DNA of 64,000 bases from Candidatus Shapirobacteria bacterium (lineage in GTDB: Bacteria > Patescibacteriota > Microgenomatia > UBA12405), in the NCBI GenBank assembly GCA_041658955.1, contig JBAZZE010000002.1, positions 12,505-76,504 on the forward strand, in the 5' to 3' direction. This document shows, in pieces, positions 47,488 to 58,263 of the stretch. The notes beneath the pieces are model-generated. The model searched no databases. It was not told where the DNA came from and saw only the letters and a program-made list of their open reading frames with translations. The translations under genes and the position numbers were made by a program. Position 1 is the first letter of the stretch; every line of letters begins with the position of its first letter.

Positions 47488-48292
47488 ATTCTCCGGTGTT
47501 AATTCTCATTTCCAAATCTTTGTCGTAAACCCATTTGCGGCGATTTTTATCATCGTAATAATGAATAATATAAAGCCGGTAAAATACCGCTAAAGAATCT
47601 TTTAGACATAACAAAACAACTTTCATAAATGAGCTATCAAGATGGGTTCCGGAAAAATCATAGTTAAGTTTGATGGGAGCTTCATAAATTCTGGTGAAAC
47701 CAAGATGTTTGGAAACAGCCAAGACTTCGAGATCAAAGGCAAATGTTTTGATAAGTAAACGAGGGAGGATTTTATTGAGAACTTGTTGCTTAAATATTTT
47801 GATACCAGCTTGGGTGTCATGAAGATTTATCCGGAGTAAAAAAAGTGAAATTAGGTGAGCACCAAAACTAATAATGCGACGATGAAGAGGGTAGGATATT
47901 TGCGAGGCAGGATGAAATTTGCTTCCCACCACAATATCGGCTTCATACCATTCCATGTGTTCCAGAAGCATGGAAATACCGTTGGGGTCGATTTCCATTC
48001 CTGAATCTATAAAAGCCACATAGTCGCCTTGGGTGTGGGCGGCCCCATAACGGATGGCATAACCTTTACCATGATTTTGATTGTAGCCAATTACTTTTAA
48101 GTTGGGGTGATGAATGGTACTGGCAATCTTAAAAGAGTTGTCGACACTTTTTCCATCAATTACAGCAATAAGTTCGAATGGATAACGAATTTGTTCGAGT
48201 GTCTTGAGGATGGTGTTCAGGTCTTTTTTGATAGTAGATTCCTGACGATAAACCGGGACAATTACTGACAAAAAATGTAATTGACTTTTCAT
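47480..48292 (-). CDS. GT2 glycosyltransferase (DPM1/GtrB-like polyprenol-phosphate sugar synthase-like)
   Basis: 270 aa. LSVIVPVYRQESTI...AVIDGKSVDNS...AFIDSGMEIDP. Confidence 0.7.
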   Translation of the reverse strand: MKSQLHFLSVIVPVYRQESTIKKDLNTILKTLEQIRYPFELIAVIDGKSVDNSFKIASTIHHPNLKVIGYNQNHGKGYAIRYGAAHTQGDYVAFIDSGMEIDPNGISMLLEHMEWYEADIVVGSKFHPASQISYPLHRRIISFGAHLISLFLLRINLHDTQAGIKIFKQQVLNKILPRLLIKTFAFDLEVLAVSKHLGFTRIYEAPIKLNYDFSGTHLDSSFMKVVLLCLKDSLAVFYRLYIIHYYDDKNRRKWVYDKDLEMRINTGEYE

Positions 48293-49443
48293 CGATTTTT
48301 TATCAATTCATAGACCGCTAAAGTTTGTTTGGCTGTTTGTTGCCAAGAAAAAAACTTGGCACGTAATATTCCCAACTTAGATTGTTTAACTAATTCAGCT
48401 TTATTTTCCCAAAGTTTCTTCAAAGAATTCTGGAGGTGATGTTGTTTATATGGATCAAAAGTAATACCAACTTCTCCCATAATTTCGGGAAGGCTTGTCT
48501 CTGAACTATAAACTACCGGAGTTCCTGATTGCATGGCTTCTAGAGGACAAAGTCCAAAACCCTCCGCATATGATGGTTGGCAATAAATTGTAGCTAGGTT
48601 ATATAAATACGGTAAATCTCCACTGTCAATGAAACCCAACCGGTGAACAAGAGGATTACTAAATAATTTTTTTAGGATAGATAAATGTTTCAATTGAGGG
48701 CTAGGGATATTCAATAGATGCCGAATTAAATCCATGGGTCGACTGATACTTGGTTTTTCGAGTTTTAATTCGTTAATATCGATAGCTTGTTTGCCAGCAA
48801 TAACCAGAGGATAGTTTAGATTTACACAGGCTTTGACTAAGGAAGGAATATTTTTATTCCAATTTATATCACCTGTATAAAAAACAAATTTATCAGGTAA
48901 ATTGTTTTTCTTTTTTATTTGGGCTAATTTTTTTTGATCGGTAATTGGTTTGAAATCAGGGGTTGCTCCTTCGTAAGTAACGTAAATTTTATCTGCAGGA
49001 TATCTTAAATTTTCAGATATTATATTTTTAGAATAATGGGAAACAGTAATAATATAATCTGACTGGCGGGCTTTTAATCGCTGAATTTGCCACTTCATAA
49101 AACCTCTTATTCCTGAGGGAAAATGTTTTTTAAATTGGATCGGGATGAGGTCATGAATGGTGATTATTTGAGGAACTTTGGTTTTGGGTGGTAATGTCAA
49201 ATAAAACGGATCGAAGTAGGGATAATGAACCAAATCATAATCTTCAATTTTCAATTGGGAATCTTCAATCAGAAATATTTCGAAGTTTTGATATTGGGGA
49301 TTTGACTTAACTTCGTGCTGAAGTGCAGTAACCAGGTTGCGGGTATAAAAACCAACTCCCCTTTTGGAATTGCCGTCGTTAAGTGGAGATACGTCGATGG
49401 CTATTTTGAATTTATTACCCATATTAGTCCCAGTCCTTACCAA
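48289..49443 (-). CDS. GT4 family glycosyltransferase
   Basis: 384 aa. SYAEGFGLCPLEAMQSGTPVVYSSETSLPEI. Confidence 0.75.
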   Translation of the reverse strand: MVRTGTNMGNKFKIAIDVSPLNDGNSKRGVGFYTRNLVTALQHEVKSNPQYQNFEIFLIEDSQLKIEDYDLVHYPYFDPFYLTLPPKTKVPQIITIHDLIPIQFKKHFPSGIRGFMKWQIQRLKARQSDYIITVSHYSKNIISENLRYPADKIYVTYEGATPDFKPITDQKKLAQIKKKNNLPDKFVFYTGDINWNKNIPSLVKACVNLNYPLVIAGKQAIDINELKLEKPSISRPMDLIRHLLNIPSPQLKHLSILKKLFSNPLVHRLGFIDSGDLPYLYNLATIYCQPSYAEGFGLCPLEAMQSGTPVVYSSETSLPEIMGEVGITFDPYKQHHLQNSLKKLWENKAELVKQSKLGILRAKFFSWQQTAKQTLAVYELIKNR

Positions 49444-50356
49444 TAGTTATTTTTTGATTGGTAGAGGTGAGTTCAAAATATTTTACATAAGCTAAGGGGA
49501 AGCGAAGTGAAGAATACCAAGAAAAGACAAAACCGGAAAAACCGTCAAGTATTCCTTTGTGACGAATGTAAGTAAGCAAAAACCACCAAATTGGTTTGAC
49601 TAAAAAGTAATTCAAAAATGAAAGAAAAGATAGGGGAATTTTCTTTTCCTGAAGTTCGGTGGCAATGTTTGAGGTATAACGGTTGTTTCTCAGAAGATAT
49701 CTAGAAAAAGTAGGATCGGCAAAATGTAAAAGATCGGAACTAAGCCAACCTACCCGCCCATCGGTTTGAATTTGTTCATGAACATCTTTAGCTGGTTGTC
49801 GGCTCAAACTTTTTCTAAAAAGACGAATTTGACCATCAGGATAGACCCCACCATAGCGGATGAATTTACCGAGAAAATAATTGAGACGAGGTACAAAAAA
49901 GGCAGTGTATTCGTTCGAAAGTGAGCCGTATTGGCCATCTCGAGCCTGAAGAATTTGTTGATGCCGTAAAAATAAAGGATGAGAGTTTAATACTGAGTTT
50001 GATTGTTCGGTCATTTTTTCCGAACTAAGAGAAAGTAATTTTTGAATTTCTTTTGATAACTCTTGACTGACTGCTTCATCAGCATCAAGCAATAACACCC
50101 AATCATGCTTACATTCATCTATCGCCATTTGCTTGTTGATATGAAAGTTTGGTTTGTTGGTGGTCGATATGATCCTAACAAAGGGATATTTTTTGGCTAG
50201 GGTAACGGTGTTGTCTGCTGACTGGCCATCAACAATGATGATTTCACTGGCTAAACCTTCTATGCTTTTTAGACAACGATCGATATTGGCCGACTCGTTG
50301 TAAGTGGCAATGGCAACTGAAAGTGGAGTATTATTTTTCATAGATTCTAAACCCAA
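49424..50356 (-). CDS. GT2 family glycosyltransferase (WaaE/KdtX-like)
   Basis: 310 aa. LSVAIATYNESANIDRCLKSI...IIVDGQSADNT...LLLDADE. Confidence 0.75.
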   Translation of the reverse strand: MGLESMKNNTPLSVAIATYNESANIDRCLKSIEGLASEIIIVDGQSADNTVTLAKKYPFVRIISTTNKPNFHINKQMAIDECKHDWVLLLDADEAVSQELSKEIQKLLSLSSEKMTEQSNSVLNSHPLFLRHQQILQARDGQYGSLSNEYTAFFVPRLNYFLGKFIRYGGVYPDGQIRLFRKSLSRQPAKDVHEQIQTDGRVGWLSSDLLHFADPTFSRYLLRNNRYTSNIATELQEKKIPLSFLSFLNYFLVKPIWWFLLTYIRHKGILDGFSGFVFSWYSSLRFPLAYVKYFELTSTNQKITIGKDWD

Positions 50357-51935
50357 TAGTACCTCCGGGAAGAACTAATGAAGCGATAGGTACTGCCTTG
50401 ATCTCTTCATCCCCAGCGATAACTAAACTTTTGGCCGGGATGGAATCCCAGTTGATTTTACCAAAATTGAGGTTATCAATCTTCTCTACGGTAGAAAAAC
50501 CGTATTTATCAGGTGGGGTGAGTTGAATTTGAGGTTGTATTTTTTGGGGAGGATATTTAGTAAAAAATAAATACAAAATGTAGGGTTGGTCGTAGGTTGA
50601 AGTAAAGTAGATCTGATCATATTTTGATTTTTGACTATCAATAAAGGGCATTAGTGAAGAAAAACCAGTGTTCCAAGCATATGGGTATCGTTGAGGAGCA
50701 TGGACAAAATAAGCATCGACAAAATAAAAAATCGAGAATATATAGAGAACAGTAATAATAAAGAAATTGTGTGGTCGATATGACTTGGTCAAATCGATAA
50801 TTCCAAATAATCCTGCACCTATGAATATTGATAAAGGAATAACCATGGGTAAGGCTCGGAGGGCTGATGGTGCTTGAAAAGTTAGCGAAGAAGCCAACGG
50901 AGATATGAAGAGTAGGGACAGAGAGAGAAGGGCTAGTTTTTTAGTGTTTTGATTTTTGAGTAAATAGATTATTCCAATAATTAATAGAGGTAGCTCGATA
51001 AGATGTAGCTGTCCCATATCTGGAGACTTGGATCGAGGTACTTCATCACCTTTTAGAAATAAGAAATTTAAATCAAAATGGGAGACGTATTTTTGAGCCC
51101 AAGAGATAGTATAGAGGACCCGTTTATTATGCATAATTCGGTTGGAAAGTAGTGTATTGCCATGTTGATTAAGTAGTTCTTCAGAACGAGCAATTGGACC
51201 ATAGTCAGCGGTGAGGCCGACACCGCCAAATCGTGCAGCTCCACCACTACTCAAAAAAGAAACTAGGACTGGGACAGCAATAACTGCGGCAAAAAGAAAT
51301 GGAAAAATAATTGACTTAAAGTGGGAAATTAGGAATTTAAAATTAGTGGTAAATAGGAATAAGCAAATTAAAGGGGCGACAATTCTAGCTGAGTGATAGA
51401 CATAAAGAGAAGCGACAAAAGATATTAGCGAAAACAGAAAATATTTTGTCTTGGCCGAATAAATGTATTTATAAAACAGATAAATCCCATAAGTCATAAA
51501 GAACAGAGCAACTGATGATTCCCAGGCGCCACGACTAAAGTGAATATGCCATGGAGAGACACTTAAAATAAATGCACTGGACAAAGCAAGCGGATGCGAC
51601 GTAGATAATAAAAGTACGAGTTGATAAAAGATGTATATAGTTGCTAAAGATAGGATTACATTGGGAAGACGAACTGCCAATGGAGTTAGTCCGATGGCTT
51701 TTATAAATGGCATAGCCAGATAAACATAACCACCTGGTTTATAGTCCCCAAAGGAACGAAAGTGTAGAGGCCAACTGATGCCATGTTCATCCTTGCCAGT
51801 CTGTAATAAGGAATAAGCATTGTAACCAAGGGCAGCTTCATCAGGGTTTAGAGCGGGAAGAGTATCTATGCGGTAGATTCTCAATACAAGCGCTAATAGT
51901 AATACCAATATTAAAAATATTTTAGTTAGTTTCAT
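50331..51935 (-). CDS. PMT_2/ArnT-like GT-C membrane glycosyltransferase (polyprenol-phosphate-sugar dependent), tandem paralog
   Basis: 534 aa. The first-loop motif LPALNPDEAALGYNAYSLLQTGKDEHG...FRSFGDYKPGGYVY carries the DE...Y hallmark of GT39/GT83/PMT_2. There are about 11 TM helices and a C-terminal soluble domain. Confidence 0.75.
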   Translation of the reverse strand: MKLTKIFLILVLLLALVLRIYRIDTLPALNPDEAALGYNAYSLLQTGKDEHGISWPLHFRSFGDYKPGGYVYLAMPFIKAIGLTPLAVRLPNVILSLATIYIFYQLVLLLSTSHPLALSSAFILSVSPWHIHFSRGAWESSVALFFMTYGIYLFYKYIYSAKTKYFLFSLISFVASLYVYHSARIVAPLICLFLFTTNFKFLISHFKSIIFPFLFAAVIAVPVLVSFLSSGGAARFGGVGLTADYGPIARSEELLNQHGNTLLSNRIMHNKRVLYTISWAQKYVSHFDLNFLFLKGDEVPRSKSPDMGQLHLIELPLLIIGIIYLLKNQNTKKLALLSLSLLFISPLASSLTFQAPSALRALPMVIPLSIFIGAGLFGIIDLTKSYRPHNFFIITVLYIFSIFYFVDAYFVHAPQRYPYAWNTGFSSLMPFIDSQKSKYDQIYFTSTYDQPYILYLFFTKYPPQKIQPQIQLTPPDKYGFSTVEKIDNLNFGKINWDSIPAKSLVIAGDEEIKAVPIASLVLPGGTIGFRIYEK

Positions 51936-53532
51936 AAGCGTAAAAAGTAGAAGTATTATTGATAGGGCTGAGTGGAGTTAGGGTTTTTAGGTCAATCCCC
52001 TGTCTGATGGCATCATCATAGGAAAGGATTAAGACTTGTTTTGGTTGAGTCTTTTGAAAGCTAAAACTGGGTACTTCAAACTTAATATTGTCAATTTTTG
52101 AAATTTTTCCAGTATCTTTGCCATCAACTGTAAGAGATGCTTGTGCTTGATAATCCCTGGGTGGATATTTTGAGTAAAAAAGATAATAGATATATGGTTG
52201 ACCGTAGAAATCGGTAAAAGTGACTTGTTTGTCTTTACCATGATCGATGACATATTTGGCAGCTTCTTGATAACCGTAGAGTAAATGAGCCGGAGAAACT
52301 TTGGTCATGTGATGGTAATAAAGGTCTTGATAGTAAATAAAAGAGACTAGGTAAGCAGAAAAAATGGTGATGGGTATAAGAATGCTTTTAATTTTGTTGA
52401 AAGTAAAAATAATTCCTTTGGCAGCAAAATACATTAGAGGAATAGAAAGTGACAAGGTTCTAACGGGTTGAATGCTATCTTTTGTAAGTGCCCCGGGAAG
52501 TGGCCCAATAATTAGCCAGAGTAGAAAAATAAAATCTGGCTTTTTGAGGGAAGAGACAAGAGTAGAAAAAATTCCCAAGATAACAAATATAATTGAAGGA
52601 TAGAGAATAACTCCAATATATGGAGCTGAGTGTCGTTGAATTTGCCAGTCACCTTCAAATATTAAAAACTTTGGAGAAAAATGATTAAAGTAACGAGTAA
52701 GGAAATTTTGAACAAAAAAGATGGCTTCGTTATGGAAAATGTTGTAGTTTAGTTGATTACTCTCACCTATAATTTGCCGGGTGTCATTGGTAGGTCGATG
52801 ATAATTCCAAAGGGCGTAGACACTCAGCCGGTTGGCATCATTTTGGGTAACTAGTCCGTAAATAATTGGGAGTGAAAGCAAAATAAGGGGAAGGGCAAGA
52901 CGAAGAATGTTTTTGAATGATTTGAATACAGAAAGATGGGTAAAAAAAAGTATTGATAATAAAAGCGGGGTCATTATTTTGCCACCTTGGTAGGTATAAA
53001 ACGTTAAACCGAAAATGAGCGAAGACCAGATTAGTTTTTGATTTACAAAAAGTAAGGTAGCCAGCGCTAATTCGAATAAAAGGACATTGGTTTCCCAGGC
53101 ACCACGGCTAAAGTGAATATTCCACGGGTTAAATGAAATGAGAAGAGCAGTAATTAAAGCTAGTTGCTTAGATTTTGGACTAAGTTTTAGAATTAAAAGA
53201 TAAATAAGAAGTGGTAGAAGAGAGCCGAGAATAATCGAAGGGAGTCTAACTGAAAGTGGATTTAGACCAAAAATAGCGACAAAAGGAATGGTAAGGTAGA
53301 CGTATAAACCAGGTTTGTAGTCTCCAAAGGATTTGAAAACTAATGGTAGAGTAGCGCCATATTCATCTTTACCTGTTTCCAAAATGGAATAGGCATTGTA
53401 ACCGAGTGAGGCTTCATCCCAAAGTAGTGGAGGATAGCTTGAATTGAAGAGCCTTACTCCTAGAGCTAAAACAGTGATGAGAATAATGGCAAATCTATTC
53501 ATAGCTGATGATATCAAACGCGGGTGAGCCAT
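51922..53532 (-). CDS. PMT_2/ArnT-like GT-C membrane glycosyltransferase, tandem paralog
   Basis: 536 aa. PPLLWDEASLGYNAYSILETGKDEYG...FKSFGDYKPGLYVY. Confidence 0.75.
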   Translation of the reverse strand: MAHPRLISSAMNRFAIILITVLALGVRLFNSSYPPLLWDEASLGYNAYSILETGKDEYGATLPLVFKSFGDYKPGLYVYLTIPFVAIFGLNPLSVRLPSIILGSLLPLLIYLLILKLSPKSKQLALITALLISFNPWNIHFSRGAWETNVLLFELALATLLFVNQKLIWSSLIFGLTFYTYQGGKIMTPLLLSILFFTHLSVFKSFKNILRLALPLILLSLPIIYGLVTQNDANRLSVYALWNYHRPTNDTRQIIGESNQLNYNIFHNEAIFFVQNFLTRYFNHFSPKFLIFEGDWQIQRHSAPYIGVILYPSIIFVILGIFSTLVSSLKKPDFIFLLWLIIGPLPGALTKDSIQPVRTLSLSIPLMYFAAKGIIFTFNKIKSILIPITIFSAYLVSFIYYQDLYYHHMTKVSPAHLLYGYQEAAKYVIDHGKDKQVTFTDFYGQPYIYYLFYSKYPPRDYQAQASLTVDGKDTGKISKIDNIKFEVPSFSFQKTQPKQVLILSYDDAIRQGIDLKTLTPLSPINNTSTFYAYETN

Positions 53533-55072
53533 CGAGAAAGTTAATGGTTTTAATTACTTTTGAACTTTCTGTTGGGTAATTTTGGGGACTGGATATTAGA
53601 AGAGTGTTTTTGGGAAATTTCATGTCTTTGATTTCCCAATCATTTTTAAATTCAAATTTGTCAAAAGCGTCAACCCAATACCAATCAGAATGAAAGTTGG
53701 TGGATAACTTGGGATCGTTTTGATAAGTGGATGGACTGATTGGCCAATAAAATAGAAAAAACTCATGTGGTTCACCATACTTTTTGGTAACAATAATTCG
53801 ATCATATATAGAATAATTTTCCTTTGCAATATCGATTGCTTGTTGGTAGCCAAATTGCCAGGCAGAAGAATATTTTTGATTGTAACTAAGATATTTTGAC
53901 CAATAAAAAAGGAAAAATATAAAGATGGTAACTATGATCAGCCGATAATCAATTTTTATTTTTGAGATACCGATAGTTATAAAAAGAATATAAAAAATTA
54001 GACCGGTACTGGAACGAAGAACAGGAAAATCACCAACGGTTAGAGCTGCTGGTAATAAAGTAACGAGAAGGATAGGAATTAGATAAAAATACCGACCATC
54101 ATTTAATGAAAATAAAAGACCGATATACAAAAATGGCATCAGGATTAAAAAGATAATCCCAGTTTGGGGTACAGAAAGTTGCTGATTTTGAGTGCCATTT
54201 ATAAACAAGGGAAAGGGGTTAAATTGGTTTAAATAATTTATAGACAAAGTTTGAAAAAAGTAGACAGGGCGATTGTTTATTAGTCGATTGATGAATTGTG
54301 GACCAGTAAATGAATTTCGCTTGAGGTTAATAAGATTCACAGCATTGGGATTTATAATGCCCACCCAACGATTGCGAGCAAATGATGTTGGCGAGAAAAG
54401 ATTGATCAAGTTGGGAATTACTAATATTGATAAAACTATCAGAGCGGGGGCTATTTTTTTGGTGATTTTAAAGGGATGAAAATAATATAAAACCGGAAGA
54501 AGTAAGGGAACGATAATCCGAGTATTGTGATAGGCATACATGGATAGTCCCAGAAAAACACTAGAGTATAGAAGGTTAAGGGAACGGTTTTTATCGAGAA
54601 TAAAGTGATAAACACCCATTAACAAAAGAGTTTGGGAAAAGGTGGATTGAAACACCCCGCGAGAAGGAAAAAATGCCCAAGGTAAAAAAGCCGCTAATGT
54701 CATAGCGATTAGGGCAAGGTGTTCCTTTTTAAATAAAAGTTTGGCGAAAAGGTATGTATAAACTACAAAAATTAATGAAAAAATGACAGTTGGTAGACGA
54801 ATACTTAAGGCATTGAGGCCCAAAAGTTTGATAAAAGGGATGGTGAGATAAAGGTTGAAAGTAGTCGGATAGTCACCGTATGCTCGGAAGTTAAAAATAG
54901 GGAAAGCAGTCCCCCACTGATCACGGCCTGTTTCTAAAATAGAATAAGCGTTGTAGCCATGGGAGATTTCGTCCCAATTTAATCCCGTGGGAAGAGAATC
55001 TATTTTCCATAAACGGAAAAAGGTTGCTAGAAATAGAATTATCCAGAAAAATGTTTTATGATTTAGCTTCAC
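53495..55072 (-). CDS. PMT_2/ArnT-like GT-C membrane glycosyltransferase, tandem paralog
   Basis: 525 aa. LPTGLNWDEISHGYNAYSILETGRDQWG. Confidence 0.7.
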   Translation of the reverse strand: MKLNHKTFFWIILFLATFFRLWKIDSLPTGLNWDEISHGYNAYSILETGRDQWGTAFPIFNFRAYGDYPTTFNLYLTIPFIKLLGLNALSIRLPTVIFSLIFVVYTYLFAKLLFKKEHLALIAMTLAAFLPWAFFPSRGVFQSTFSQTLLLMGVYHFILDKNRSLNLLYSSVFLGLSMYAYHNTRIIVPLLLPVLYYFHPFKITKKIAPALIVLSILVIPNLINLFSPTSFARNRWVGIINPNAVNLINLKRNSFTGPQFINRLINNRPVYFFQTLSINYLNQFNPFPLFINGTQNQQLSVPQTGIIFLILMPFLYIGLLFSLNDGRYFYLIPILLVTLLPAALTVGDFPVLRSSTGLIFYILFITIGISKIKIDYRLIIVTIFIFFLFYWSKYLSYNQKYSSAWQFGYQQAIDIAKENYSIYDRIIVTKKYGEPHEFFLFYWPISPSTYQNDPKLSTNFHSDWYWVDAFDKFEFKNDWEIKDMKFPKNTLLISSPQNYPTESSKVIKTINFLDGSPAFDIISYE

Positions 55073-56639
55073 GATATAGTTTGATTATATATAAAAACAC
55101 TCCAATTAGGCTGAGAATGTTGGCAAAGGAGCGGATAGGAGTGTTTTTGAATTGTAATAAATATTGGTAGTGACCTGCTGGTAATTCAAAGCTAATTTGA
55201 CCGTATTTTGGGTCAATTTGGTAATTTGTTTTTTGATTATTAACAGACAATTCCCAGTTTGGAAAATAAGTCACTGGAAGGATGATGTTGGCACTAGGAG
55301 TATCAACAGTAAGCTCACCACTGATTTGATGGCTGTTTTTGGTAAATAAAATGTTGGTTATTTGGCCAGTGATAGTGTTTGCCTGGGTGGGAGCCATTAT
55401 TTCTGGGAATGAAGTGGTGGAACGAGGCCAATAATCTTTTAAACCGGCTCCACTTTGGCGATAAATTTCCTGGGTAGTTAGTTTTTGACCATCGGTAAGG
55501 GTGGGGTACCAAATATCTTCTTTGAAGTAATTAATATTTAACCCAATGGTTAGGAAAATGATTATTAATAATAAAAATTTGTTTTTGGTAACGATTCCAG
55601 AAATAAAAGAAAAACAAAATACGACAAGTCCCAAAAAGCGCCAAGGAAATTGATAGTAAGGCATAAAAGAAAGAATCTGCCAGATAAAAGTAGATCGGTT
55701 ATGAGTTAAAAAAGTCGCAAAAAGTCCGATGCCAAAAAAAGTAAATATAGTTTTTTTGAAAGATGAACGGATGGCAATTAAAAGGGCAATAAGGGGAAGT
55801 ACCCAATGAACAATACCTATCTGAAGAGAAAGATCATCAACAGGTCCCCAAAGCGAGGCGCCGTAACCCCAAAAACGAGAAATAAATAATTGGTTGATAG
55901 TGGCAAAGTGAATAATGTAGTTGAAGTAGCCTTGAGTCATGCTACTGACAGTAGTAAGATTTTTTTCAAAAAAAGCCGGAATAATGAAAAAAGCAGATAA
56001 CAAGATTGAATAAATCGAGTTTTGAATAAGGTAACGAGTATTTTTATGAATAATAGAAAATATTAAAAGTACTGGAAGAAAATAGACTAGAGTGAGGTTG
56101 TGACTTAAGAGAAGGGCGGTGAGAGAAATAATAAAAAGATTGGTTCGTTTTTTATATAAGGAATACATGATAAGTGGTAAGAGGTTGATGGCCCAGTGTT
56201 CGGCTAGAGCACCTCTGACAAAGCTATCTAAGGAATGATATGGAGCAAAAGTATAAAGAACACTACTGACAAGTCCGCCAACTGGGCCAAAGAATGAGGA
56301 AGAAAGTAAATACATGCCAAGTGAGCCGATAAAAAAGGGAATAATGAATGAAATCTTCAGGCTATCAATCAGGGATAATCCGGCGAGATGAAAACTCTCA
56401 GCAAATGCGTAAGGTAGAGGGGAATAAAAGTTAAAAAGTGGGTAGGTGTATCCGAAACCTCCGTCGGGAATCAAACGACAGGGAATTTGACGGTCAAGAA
56501 CACACTGGTGAAATTGAGCCAGTCGGAAAACATGCATATCATCTTGCATACTAAAGTAGCCAGGGCGCCATAAACGATGTGAGGCAAGTAGAGCAAAAAG
56601 AAGAGGAATAATGATGATTAGTTTAAATTTTTTGATCAT
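55056..56639 (-). CDS. YfhO-like polytopic membrane protein (GT-C fold candidate)
   Basis: 527 aa. The N-terminus HRLWRPGYFSMQDDMHVFRLAQFHQ resembles the YfhO N-terminal DD..FH..R motif. There are at least 12 TM helices and a C-terminal soluble domain. Confidence 0.4.
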   Translation of the reverse strand: MIKKFKLIIIIPLLFALLASHRLWRPGYFSMQDDMHVFRLAQFHQCVLDRQIPCRLIPDGGFGYTYPLFNFYSPLPYAFAESFHLAGLSLIDSLKISFIIPFFIGSLGMYLLSSSFFGPVGGLVSSVLYTFAPYHSLDSFVRGALAEHWAINLLPLIMYSLYKKRTNLFIISLTALLLSHNLTLVYFLPVLLIFSIIHKNTRYLIQNSIYSILLSAFFIIPAFFEKNLTTVSSMTQGYFNYIIHFATINQLFISRFWGYGASLWGPVDDLSLQIGIVHWVLPLIALLIAIRSSFKKTIFTFFGIGLFATFLTHNRSTFIWQILSFMPYYQFPWRFLGLVVFCFSFISGIVTKNKFLLLIIIFLTIGLNINYFKEDIWYPTLTDGQKLTTQEIYRQSGAGLKDYWPRSTTSFPEIMAPTQANTITGQITNILFTKNSHQISGELTVDTPSANIILPVTYFPNWELSVNNQKTNYQIDPKYGQISFELPAGHYQYLLQFKNTPIRSFANILSLIGVFLYIIKLYREAKS

Positions 56640-58231
56640 AAATTAGAAAAGATCTGAAAAGCTTCACCTTCTTGGAATTTTTTAGGAAGAATCTCTTTAA
56701 GTGTAAACCTATTTGGAATAGTAACTGATTGTGTTGTAGGGATGACAAAAAGAGTTGGAGTGGTAGTAGAAGGAAATGCATTTAAGTTTATTTGGCCAAA
56801 GCAATAACGATTGTCAAGACATTTGCCTGAAAAATAATTTGTATTTAGTTCGGTCAAATGAGCAGTTAGAGGTTCGTGGGGAAGAAATGGATAATAATAA
56901 AGAAAAAACGGAAGAAACGGTTCGGCTGTGTCTGAAAAATAAATCTGATGGTCAGGATATTTGGTGGTAGCTAGTACGGCTTCTTTAAGGTTAGTGTGCC
57001 AAGTTCGGGCAGATAGCTGAGGGTAGTGATTTTGATAATAATGCCCAAAATTTATGAGAAGTAACAGATAAAATGGGGTTATTAGAGGAATTTTTGAAAG
57101 TGCTAGCGAGGAAAAATAAATTAATGAAGGAAGAATAATTATTAGTCTGGTGGCATGTGGACCAAGTGAATCGCGAGTCAGGGCAAATGGAATCGGACCT
57201 AAAATAAGTACCCAAAAAAATAAAAGGCCTAGTTTGGTTGGCTTTTTGAGATATAAATAAAGTCCGTAAAGTATCATGAAAAAATCAATGATGTAAAACA
57301 TACCATGCTGACCAAAACCTTGACGGAGGTTTTTATCACCTTCGAGAAATAAAAATTCTGGAGAGAAAGAATATAAATAGTTTTTGACAAAACGTTCTAC
57401 GATGAGCTGATACTTGTTATGAAAAAGATAGGATAGAGGTGGGGTGGGAACACCCACTTCGTCAGGATGTTCTAAAAGAATATCTTGGTACCTTAAGGTA
57501 TCAGTGATTTGTTCCCGATGAGGTTCGGTAAAGATACTAATATAAGAAAAGCGATAACCAGCTCGACCTTTAAGGGTGTCGACTGCTAGTGGAGTTAGGA
57601 CAAGTAATCCAATAAAAAACGAAATAATTAAAGCTTTGGGTTTTGGTTTCCAGATTAGATAACAAAGAGGAACTAGGAAGACTATAAATAACTTGGCAGT
57701 GCTGTAAAAGTACGCAGAAAGCGATAAAGAAATTACGGAGGCTACTAGATAGATAGTTTGGTGTTTTTGGTGGTGTTTTTGCCAAAAGTAAATACCGGTT
57801 AGTAGACAAAAAATCATGCCGGAAACTTCAAATCCGGTGCGACTGTAGTGAATGGCCCATGGGGAAATGGCTAAAAGAAATGCAGCAAATACAGAATTGG
57901 TTAGCAAATAAAATACCGCAACAGACAAAATACCGAAAATTGCTGATGGTAGTCTGACACTCAGTTCGGGAGATGAAGTAAAATTTTGGACAGCTGCAAC
58001 AGAATATATATAGAGTGAAGTTCGCCAATCGGAAAATGATTGAAAATGGACGGGAAATTTGTTGCCAAAATAGTCGGCATGGTTTTGGTTAAAGGTTTTG
58101 GCTTGGTAGCCGGCATCAACTTCATCAGAAAAAAGTGATGGGGGTAGCGTGGTAATCCGACTTATCCGAGGAAAGACTGCCAGAAAGGCAATAGTGATAA
58201 AAATAACGATGGATAATAAACGCCGGTTCAT
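56636..58231 (-). CDS. PMT_2/ArnT-like GT-C membrane glycosyltransferase, paralog
   Basis: 531 aa. PPSLFSDEVDAGYQAKTF...FQSFSDWRTSLYIY. The same DEVDAGYQ motif appears in the partial gene at 62983. Confidence 0.7.
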   Translation of the reverse strand: MNRRLLSIVIFITIAFLAVFPRISRITTLPPSLFSDEVDAGYQAKTFNQNHADYFGNKFPVHFQSFSDWRTSLYIYSVAAVQNFTSSPELSVRLPSAIFGILSVAVFYLLTNSVFAAFLLAISPWAIHYSRTGFEVSGMIFCLLTGIYFWQKHHQKHQTIYLVASVISLSLSAYFYSTAKLFIVFLVPLCYLIWKPKPKALIISFFIGLLVLTPLAVDTLKGRAGYRFSYISIFTEPHREQITDTLRYQDILLEHPDEVGVPTPPLSYLFHNKYQLIVERFVKNYLYSFSPEFLFLEGDKNLRQGFGQHGMFYIIDFFMILYGLYLYLKKPTKLGLLFFWVLILGPIPFALTRDSLGPHATRLIIILPSLIYFSSLALSKIPLITPFYLLLLINFGHYYQNHYPQLSARTWHTNLKEAVLATTKYPDHQIYFSDTAEPFLPFFLYYYPFLPHEPLTAHLTELNTNYFSGKCLDNRYCFGQINLNAFPSTTTPTLFVIPTTQSVTIPNRFTLKEILPKKFQEGEAFQIFSNL

Positions 58232-58263
58232 GTGATAATAGTTTATTTTATACTATCCACAAT